Positions 1 to 7,131 of a stretch of DNA of 8,185 bases are shown piece by piece (position 1 is the first letter of the stretch; each line of letters opens with the position of its first letter). Location of the stretch: NCBI RefSeq assembly GCF_006345805.1, contig NW_021828564.1:1-8185 (forward strand), in the 5' to 3' direction. A program made the position numbers and the translations under genes. The DNA comes from Octopus sinensis. Its lineage: Eukaryota. A model generated the notes under the pieces. That model searched no databases, had not been told where the DNA came from, and was given only the letters and a program-made list of their open reading frames with translations.

Positions 1-441
1 AGATATAGAATAATTTTTAAATTCTATATCTTAATAGATATGGTTATTTTTTTAACATTCTCAATTTCCCTGTAGAACCGTAGTTTCATACATTTGGTGG
101 AAAATATAAGGTTTTCTTTTTCACTTCGAAATATGATTTTACTATGTCTAAATTTATTTTATTTTCAACTTAGAGTAACTTTATTATTGTTCATCAACAG
201 TCTATATGCGAATACGATACACTTGTTTATGTATTATATTATAGCTATATTCTATATTCACATATTTTGTTTGCAAGAAATTGAAGTATACCCGCATATC
301 CACTCTATATAATATTTCAGCCTACCCACTTATCCACTGTATGTTATAGTTTAATCTGTTAATGATTTTAAAATCCGCTCAATTCTGAGTAAACTTAGAT
401 TTTTATGAGCATTGTTATATTCACTGTTCCTTGTGGTGACA

Positions 442-662
442 GGAGGTGAATTGGTGGAATCGTTAGCACGTCGGACAAAATGCTTGGCAGTAATTATGCT
501 GGGTCTTTATATTCTGAGTTCAAATTCCGCCGAGATAAACTTTGCTTTTCATTCTTTTCGGGTCGGTAAATGAAGAATCAATCATCTACTGAGATCGATG
601 TAACTAAACTTCCCACTCCCTTCTGCATTGCTGGATTTGTGTCCAAATACGAAAGAAATATT
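442..662 (+). mobile_element. Diverged tRNA-derived SINE (family A, tail type B)
   Basis: Head ggaggtgaattggtggaatcgttagcacgtcggacaaaatgctt with A-box-like motif; B-box-like gagttcaaattcc; core actttgcttttcattcttttcgggtcggtaaa. Aligns by eye along its length with the younger copies at 4477-5020 and 5805-6038. Confidence 0.88.
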
Positions 663-753
663 TCATAAGGTGTGAAAACCTTCATGGCTTTCTGCACGCA
701 GCATGGTAACTAACATCTATTTAATTTCATTGAATGGAAAATCAGTAAATAAT

Positions 754-942
754 TAGAGTGGTTGTATACTGTCAACTTAACGTGACAGTCCTGTAAGGGA
801 ATTACACCACCGCTGTTTAGCCCTAGGAAGCATCAACGTGTCAAGGCCGACAAGAAGCGTTGATGCTTCCTAGGGCTAAACAGTGGTGGTGTAATTCCCT
901 TACAGAACTGTCACGTTAAGTTGACAGTATACAACCACTCTA
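754..942. repeat. Long inverted repeat / fold-back element: 85-bp arms, 19-nt spacer
   Basis: 754-838 is the reverse complement of 858-942 except at 790/906 (C/A) and 812/884 (G/T). The spacer 839-857 is tgtcaaggccgacaagaag. The outermost bases are TA on both sides. Confidence 0.97.
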
Positions 943-1651
943 TCGCTCCACCACCGTACATATCTCTATGAAATATTTAGAAATTTAATATTTCTGATGA
1001 GTAAATAATTAGTTCAATGAAAAGGAAACAAAAAGCGAGAAGAAAAATCCTCTAAAAGACATGTTCAGAGGCATTTCAAAATGTACCAATAACTGATTTT
1101 CAACATATGCTTAGAATTATATCGGCGACTAGGACGCAGAAATGCAACGAAAATATTGACTCCTTAAGAAATTTGAACATAACAATATTTATGCTCTTCA
1201 GAAATTGCTAAAACGGCTTTTCTAGCATGCAATTGCTTTAGTTTCAACACACGATTCTAGATAAAGTGGCGACTTGTCCAAACAATTACAGTTTCGTAGA
1301 CATTTATTTCTATTGAAATCTAACAACGTTTTGCAAATTTTTTCAACATTATTTGGAGTTTATTGAAAATGAAAAAACAAATTGGAAATTTTGGAGAGAA
1401 AAAAATAATGTTTCCCGTTTACAAGTGATATGTTCTGACGTTATACAGATTCATACACTTCGGATGAATATAAATATAAATAATGGAATCGCTAGTGGAT
1501 GTGACAGGCTTCCTTCATATTTCACCTTTGCTATATTTTTTTCCTTTTCATTTCTACACAACCACATATGGCTATATGATAGGCATAAGTAAATGTAGAT
1601 TTATTTCACGTAATATAATAAGAAATCAGCCAATAATTCGAACACACGCAG

Positions 1652-1671
1652 ACGACCATATATATGGTCGT
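1652..1671. repeat. Perfect 20-bp palindrome
   Basis: acgaccatat|atatggtcgt is its own reverse complement. Confidence 0.9.
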
Positions 1672-1789
1672 GTAAAAAGACACACGTGTAAACGTAAGAG
1701 TCCCCCACATACACACATACACACACATTTACGCAAAGACACATTTCACACATATATACATATATGTACTTTGCATTTAAATGTGTATA

Positions 1790-2170
1790 TATGATATATA
1801 TTATATTATATAAATATATATATCTAGGTATCTCTCTCCTCTATATACGTATGTATATATCGCTATCTATTATATATATATCTAGACAGAGATGGATAGG
1901 GTAGTGACAGATAGAGGAGCCATTACCTAAATTTGTATGAAACATATAGATACACAAGTGCCACTTATACAACATGTGTCGTGTCAGTTGTAAGCATATT
2001 TTACAATAGTATATATGTATATTTATATTATATGATATCTTAGTATACATATTATTATATAATATATATATATATATAATATATACATATATTATAGATA
2101 TACTATACTATTCAAGATATATATATAACATCTATATATATATACATATATCCCTATATATATATTATAT
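1790..2170. repeat. Degenerate (TA)n-rich low-complexity tract
   Basis: Frequently interrupted TA/TATA/TAGA runs. It forms the left flank of the tandem array. Confidence 0.85.
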
Positions 2171-2340
2171 AACTAAGCAATAAGGGTTTAGCAACGAGTT
2201 GCCTTACCACTCGATAACCGAATTTAGACACATATCCCGACCTTGTCATCAAGGGTTATAGCTCTTTCTTCGAACGTAAAGAGGTGTGAGCAGTAAGGCG
2301 TGATATTCGACACCTTGCCAATCTAATCATCACCTTTTTT

Positions 2341-2460
2341 AGTTATCCCGGTCACGTGTGAAATCAAGTTTTTATCGTTACAGTCATAAGAATTAAATAT
2401 TAAATCTTAAATAATTCTATCTTGACCGAAACTTCTTTCTGGTCTTCAGCGTATAATACT
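2341..2460 (-). ncRNA. Degenerate hammerhead ribozyme copy (array unit 1)
   Basis: Minus strand: AGUAUUAUACG-CUGAAGA (core 2449-2443 intact), long stem II, then the GAAA/stem III/GUC segment is corrupted (ACACGUGAC), then CGGGAUAACU. Confidence 0.6.
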
Positions 2461-2954
2461 ATAATCAAAATATTATATATTGAATTTTGAGATACCAGAA
2501 GGTCACCAACTCAACTCAGTTATCAGAGCGAGCTAAGAATCCGCAACTGGTATCACCACGAATTCAATTTGTGAATGAAACGTTGTGTCAACAGCCCCAC
2601 TTCCACACCTCGGTACCAAACCCAGATGCTGTGGTCATCTACTGAATAAATATATGTTATCCGTAATAATGAAGTGGTGAACATTAATTAATTTGGAACA
2701 CAATCACTTCACACACAGTACCACCAAAGTCGTCTTCGGCATGTAAAAGCCTCTTCGGGAAAATTTAAGTAATACTAACAATAAGGGTTTAGCACGCGGT
2801 TGCCTTACCACATACCGAATTTAGAATAGCAGTCAACGGTTATAGCTATTTCTTCTACTAAAAATAGGGAGATCTCAGTAAAAACAGAATTTGGAAGGCA
2901 AGACACAACAGGTAAGAGAGAATGAATTGACTGCAATCTATCATACATTTTTTT

Positions 2955-3067
2955 AGTTATCCACGGACGTCGTTTCGAAATCAAGTTTTAGGAAAGCATA
3001 AGAATTAAATATTACATAATAATAATTCTATCTTACCGAATTTCTGTTCTCTTCAGCGTAGAATACT
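2955..3067 (-). ncRNA. Type I hammerhead ribozyme with extended stem II (array unit 2, complete)
   Basis: Minus strand: stem I 5' arm AGUAUUCUACG (3067-3057); CUGAAGA (3056-3050); 73-nt imperfect hairpin closed by GAA/UUC (3049-2977); GAAA (2976-2973); CGACG-UC with GUC triplet; stem I 3' arm CGUGGAUAACU (2965-2955). 9 of 11 stem I positions pair. Predicted cleavage is between 2966 and 2965. Confidence 0.82.
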
Positions 3068-3540
3068 ATCATCATAAATGATTATAATTGAATTTTGAAG
3101 ATACCAGAGGCACAACCAACTCAGTATCAGAGCGAGCTAGAATCCGCAACTGGTATCACCGATTCAATTTGTGAATGAAACTATTGTGTCCACAGCCCCT
3201 TCCCACCCGTGTAGCAAAACAAGATGCTGTGGTCATCTACTGAGATAAAATATTGTTTATCCGTAATAATGATGGTGAAATTAATTAATTTTGAAAATTA
3301 TCAATTACACCAGTAGTCTTCGCATGTAAAAGCCCGCATTCGAGGAAAATTTAAGTATACAAGCAATAGAGGGTTTAAGCAACGAGTTGCCTTACCACAT
3401 ACCGAATTTATAAATAGCAGTCAAAGGGTTATAGCTATTTCTTCTACTGAAAAAGGGAGATCTCAGTAAAAACAGCATTGGAAGGCATACACAAACAGGT
3501 AAAGAGAATGAATTGACTGCAATCTATCATACATTTTTTT

Positions 3541-3600
3541 AGTTATCCACGGACGTACGTTTTCGAAATCAAGTTTTTAGAAACTAATAATTAAATATAA
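3541..3600 (-). ncRNA. 3' half of hammerhead ribozyme (array unit 3, truncated inside stem II)
   Basis: Minus strand: ...CUUGAUUUC-GAAA-ACGUACGU-C-CGUGGAUAACU, with palindromic stem III ACGUACGU and a GUC triplet. The CUGAAGA half is replaced by a (TA)n tract at ~3598-3618. Confidence 0.7.
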
Positions 3601-3977
3601 ATATTATATATATATATATTTTATGTTCCCAAATTTGTACCCACATGCATCTCTTTCACACTTTCTACGTATAAATATAAGTATATATGTGTATATACTC
3701 ACTTACGCACTCAAAGACACATGCACAGACCCAAATACGTATATATTTACATAGATACGTGTATCCCTGTATAGAATTGTTTTAAATCAAAGCTTTCTCA
3801 AGAACTGAAGTTTTCAGTATATTCTATTAAATGTGACATGCATTATAATGCTAGTATTTTTTTTTAGAGAATGTATTTATTGAATTTATCAGAATGATTA
3901 AGAATATGGTGCATTGTATTGCATAGAACGTGAATGGGGTATGTTATCTATGAATTATGCAAGTAGTATGTGAAATC

Positions 3978-4298
3978 ACGTGCCTGATGATTAGCGTGTT
4001 GCACTCACTATTAGAGCACCACGGTTTCGATTCCCAGGACAGGTGGTACGTTGCGATAATGAGAAAATATATTTGATGTTGTTTCGGTTCACTCAGCAAT
4101 GAACGGTTCAGGGGTTTTGATTGCAGGACCGGAAGGTGCGTTGCTGTTTTTTTTTTTTTAAGCAAAATACATCATTTCGCGTTGCCTCAGTCCACTCAGC
4201 TACAAAATGGTTAAACCAGCGACAGACAGGCGTCCTGTCCAGGAGTGCTGTTGTGACCCCAGTCCCGTACACTCCGTGGCAACCACGTAACCGGCCCT
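3978..4298 (+). mobile_element. Old tRNA-derived SINE (family C, CORE-like) with internal duplication
   Basis: A-box-like gtgcctgatgattagc (3980-3995) and B-box ggtttcgattccc (4023-4035). The body ending in cactcagc occurs twice (4023-4097, 4113-4200). The 3' part gcgacagacaggcgtcctgtccagg resembles the gcgatggactggcgtcccgtccaggg motif I recall from aquatic-animal SINEs. Confidence 0.68.
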
Positions 4299-4413
4299 AG
4301 ATTTTATGTGCAGGTTGCATGCTTTACATTGTTTTGTTTTTTTCATACCTGTGTTTTCTCAAATACGTGGTGGACCAAAGGTCACGCACCAAAACATTTG
4401 ACATTTTATATTA

Positions 4414-4414
<1 letters not shown>

Positions 4415-4474
<60 letters not shown>
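4415..4474 (+). repeat. Compound microsatellite (ATT)10(GTT)10
   Basis: 4415-4444 is ATT x10 and 4445-4474 is GTT x10. This explains the poly-L and I10V10 ORFs. Confidence 0.97.
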
Positions 4475-4476
4475 AA

Positions 4477-5020
4477 GGCAACTAGCTACCAGAAACGTTA
4501 ACACGCCGGGCGAAATGCTAAGCAGTATTTCGTCTGCCGCTACGTTCTGAGTTCAAATTCTGCCGAGGTCGACTTTGCCTTTCATCCTTTCGGGGTCGAT
4601 TAAATAAGTACCAATTGCGCACTAGGGTCGATATAATCGACTTAATCCGTTTGTCTGTACCCTCTGTGTGTAGCCCCTTGTGGGCAGTAAAGAAGTAGGT
4701 ATTTCGTCTGTTTTTCCGTTCTGAGTTCAAATTCCGCCGAGGTTGACTTTGCCTTTCATCCTTTCGGGGTTGATAAATTAAGTACCAGTTACGCACTGGG
4801 GTCGATATAATCAACTTAATCCGTTTGTCTGTCTTTGTTTGTCCTCTCTGTGTTTAGCCACTTGTGGGTCGTAAAGAATTAGGTATTTCGGCTGCCGCTA
4901 CGTTCTGAGTTCAAATTCCGCCGAGGTCGACTTTGCTTTTTATCTTTTCAAAGTACCAGTTACGCACTAGGGTTAATTTAATCGACTATCCCCCTCTCCC
5001 AAAAATCTCAGGCCTTATTA
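4477..5020 (+). mobile_element. tRNA-derived SINE family A, tandem trimer (one head, three bodies)
   Basis: Head 4477-4524. Body units start gtatttcg at 4525, 4699 and 4883 (periods 174 and 184). Each has B-box gagttcaaattc and core gtcgactttgcctttcatcctttcggggtcgat..aagtacca, which resembles the MetaSINE-type central domain from memory. Units 1-2 end in tail A; unit 3 has an internal deletion and tail B. Confidence 0.93.
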
Positions 5021-5053
5021 TTTACATGAATATTGTTGTTGTTGTTGTCTAAA

Positions 5054-5119
5054 GGCAGCGAGCTGACAGAATCGATGCCGAATCGCTGGCAGAATCGAGA
5101 AAAATGCTTAGCAACATTT
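5054..5119 (+). mobile_element. Head-only fragment of SINE family A
   Basis: ggcagcgagctgacagaatcg...gctggcagaatcgagaaaaatgcttagcaacattt, with the A-box segment duplicated. Preceded by (GTT)n at ~5033-5048 and cut off by the family B SINE. Confidence 0.75.
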
Positions 5120-5519
5120 ACTCTTTACTCTCTTTTACTCTTTTACTTGTTTCAGTAATTTGACTGTGGTCATGTTGGAGCACCGCCTTTAGTCGGGCAC
5201 ATCGACCCCAAGACTTATTCTTTGTAAGCCTAGTACTTCGTCCATCGGTCTCTTTTGCCGAAACGCTAAGTTACGGGGACGTAAACACACCAGCATCGAT
5301 TTTCAAACGATGTTGGGGAGACCAACACAGATATACAACATATACACTCACACACATATATACGACAGGCTTCTTTCAATTTCCGTCTACCAAATCCACA
5401 CAAGGCTTTGGTCGGCCCGAGGCTATAGTAGAAGGCACTTGCCCAAGGTGCTACACAGTGGGACTGAACCCGGAACCATGTGGTTGGTAAGCAAGCTACT
5501 TACCACACAGCCACTCCTG
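5117..5519 (-). mobile_element. Near full-length tRNA-derived CORE-type SINE (family B, octopus OR-like)
   Basis: Minus strand head caggagtggctgtgtggtaagtagcttgcttaccaaccacatggttccgggttcagtcccac (A and B boxes); CORE-like accttgggcaagtg; internal TG/TA-rich stretch; 3' tail of (GAGTAAA[A])n repeats at 5117-5147. The OR name is from recall. Confidence 0.88.
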
Positions 5520-5633
5520 ATTTGTACTAAAGAGTTAAATCATGACCAAAATTTCACAATTTCGTTTCCCAGCACAAGACTCTCACTCGACGAATTCAAT
5601 TATCGGATACAGACAATTATAAATGATTAGAAA

Positions 5634-5684
5634 GTGCGTGTGTGTTTTTGTGGTTTTGTGTATGTACGTGTATTTGTGTATGTA

Positions 5685-5715
<31 letters not shown>
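5634..5715 (+). repeat. (GT)n microsatellite, imperfect then pure
   Basis: Pure GT run ~5688-5715 preceded by degenerate GT/AT repeats. Confidence 0.93.
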
Positions 5716-5719
<4 letters not shown>

Positions 5720-5804
5720 GCATGCGTATATGCAAAACGAGATTGAAATGATCTTTCTCATACAATGTCTTCGGTTTTATATATGACTAGTATGATGATT
5801 GCCA

Positions 5805-6038
5805 ACCTATTTCTTCACTACCCACAAGGGGCTAAACACAGAAGGGACAAACAAGGACAGACAAACGGATTAAGTCGATTACATCGACCCCAGTGCGTAA
5901 CTGGTACTTATTTAATCGACCCCGAAAGGATGAAAGGCAAAGTCGACCTCGGCGGAATTTGAACTCAGAACGTAACGGCAGACGAAATACCGCTAAGTGT
6001 TTCGCCCGGAGGCCTAACGTTTCTGCCAGCTCGCCACC
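5805..6038 (-). mobile_element. Full-length monomer of SINE family A with 19-bp target-site duplication
   Basis: Reverse complement of the 4477-4700 unit. Flanked by identical tatgatgattgccaaccta at 5791-5809 and 6040-6058. Confidence 0.96.
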
Positions 6039-6154
6039 ATATGATGATTGCCAACCTACCATATTCGTATACTCCATATTCATCCTGACCTGTGTGTATC
6101 GCATTCTTCGTTTGGGCTTACATATGATTTCCGCTTTTTTCCTCACCGCAAAAA

Positions 6155-6361
6155 TGTGTGTGTGTGTGTTTTGTGTGTGTGTGAGTGTGTGTGTGTGTGT
6201 GCGAGTGTGTGCGTTTGTGTGTGTGTGTATGTTCGTGTGTGTGTATGTTCGTGTGCGTGTGTGTTCGTGTGTGTGTGAGTGTGAGTATGTTTGCGTGAGT
6301 GTGTGTGTGAGTGTGAGTGTGTGTGTGTGTGAGTGTGAGTGTGTGTGTGTGTGAGTGTGTG
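6155..6361 (+). repeat. Long imperfect (GT)n microsatellite
   Basis: About 200 bp of GT repeats with GA/GC/TC interruptions. Source of the CV- and HT-rich ORFs. Confidence 0.96.
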
Positions 6362-6423
6362 CACTTACCTACGTTTCTCAGCATATGGGAACATTTATAA
6401 ATATTTTAATATGAATTATTCAC

Positions 6424-6508
6424 TTTCTGTTTCTCTCTCTCTCTCTCTCTCTCGCTCTTTCCCTCTCTCTCTCCCCCTCTCCCAACCTTTCTCTCCACCC
6501 TCTCTCTG
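6424..6508 (+). repeat. (CT)n / polypyrimidine tract
   Basis: Near-continuous C/T sequence with CT dinucleotide runs. Confidence 0.92.
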
Positions 6509-6693
6509 CATGACTGAATGTATGTACTTTTGTAGAAGAAGACAGGAAAAAACATTGTAACAATGCCAGGATATTTGGAACATCTTACGTGTTGCAACCT
6601 TGACTTTCCGAATTTGTAGATTTAAACTAAGTGGCTACGATGGTATACTACAAATCTCTCAATTCACAAAGTATCAACGTATACTATTATACG

Positions 6694-6744
<51 letters not shown>
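6694..6744 (+). repeat. Compound (TC)n(TA)n microsatellite
   Basis: TC run 6694-6707 followed directly by an AT run to 6744. Confidence 0.95.
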
Positions 6745-6747
<3 letters not shown>

Positions 6748-6852
6748 GTATATATATACATAATAATGTATTATATAAATCCGTCTGTCTGTATCTGTGT
6801 GTGTGTTCTAGGATCTCGGGCATCCTCCATCCGATTGCGCTCCACACCTTTG

Positions 6853-7101
6853 CAGTCCACACCTTTGAAACATCACGTATTCCTCATGAAGAGTTTGAGC
6901 ATGCTACTCCAAAGCGCACTGCTAGCGTAGTGAATGGGGCAAGCTGGGTTTGCAATGTTTGCAGTCGTGTATGCTTGTCAAGTGCACGGCTCTTTAGCCA
7001 TCAACAAAGCTGTAAATGCAAAATTTAAGTTGGTCCTAGATCACACAATGTTCCTAAAGGTCAGCAATTGTATTCCTCGCTCACGAGGGGAGGGCATTCA
7101 T
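6853..7101 (+). mobile_element. 5'-truncated non-LTR retrotransposon 3' end (RTE-like): ORF C-terminus with zinc finger plus short 3' UTR
   Basis: The frame of ORF 6600-7028 reads VHTFETSRIPHEEFEHATPKRTASVVNGASWVCNVCSRVCLSSARLFSHQQSC, with C-x2-C-x12-H-x3-C at 6951-7013 just before the stop. This matches the C-terminal finger typical of RTE-clade ORFs. A 3' stem-loop cctcg-ctca-cgagg lies at 7075-7088. Confidence 0.75.
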
Positions 7102-7131
7102 GTATATAAACATATATATATATATATATAT

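Larger units (their letters stand above)
2171..3600 (-). mobile_element. Tandem array, ~2.4 copies of a ~590-600-bp hammerhead-bearing unit (retrozyme / Penelope pLTR-like)
   Basis: Anchor gccttaccac at 2201, 2802 and 3389; anchor gaaatcaagtt at 2360, 2977 and 3565. Copies are ~2171-2773, ~2774-3357 and a partial ~3358-3600. Each has all or part of a minus-strand hammerhead motif. The tandem repeat is certain; the element class is inference. Confidence 0.8.

Noticed and set aside
994-1030. CTGATGAG followed by GAAA/GGAAAC, a possible hammerhead core
   Set aside because: No pairable stem II, no stem III with NUH triplet and no stem I complement.
94-2050. ORFs 94-312, 1353-1592, 1483-1794 and 1841-2050
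   Set aside because: Short, dominated by I/Y/F/H/T from AT-rich and simple-repeat DNA, with no recognisable domain.
3101-3500. Possible repeated exon in the tandem unit (tttgaag acceptor-like site near 3100, caggtaa donor-like site near 3498, S/T-rich peptide pieces)
   Set aside because: Stops interrupt the frames I translated and several frameshifts would be needed; the minus-strand ribozyme explains the unit better. Not fully excluded given possible sequence errors.
1728-3722. Similarity between ttacgcaaagacacat (~1728-1744) and ttacgcactcaaagacacat (~3703-3722) as a possible duplication flanking the array
   Set aside because: Short, gapped, inside CA/TA low-complexity DNA and not at the array boundaries.
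4477-4570. tRNA gene
   Set aside because: A/B-box-like motifs are present, but there is no acceptor stem or cloverleaf and the sequence runs into the SINE core; it is a tRNA-derived head.
2171-5020. CRISPR-like array
   Set aside because: Repeat units are 170-600 bp with no unique spacers, there are no cas genes, and the context is eukaryotic.
4308-6597. ORFs with poly-L, I10V10, CV/HT repeats and repeated RNWYLFNRPRKDERQSRPRRNLNSER peptides
   Set aside because: These are translations of microsatellites and of the antisense strand of the non-coding SINE.
6600-7028. 142-aa ORF as an intact gene
   Set aside because: The 5' half runs through (TC)n(TA)n and starts at a non-ATG codon; only the last ~58 codons look protein-derived (LINE remnant).
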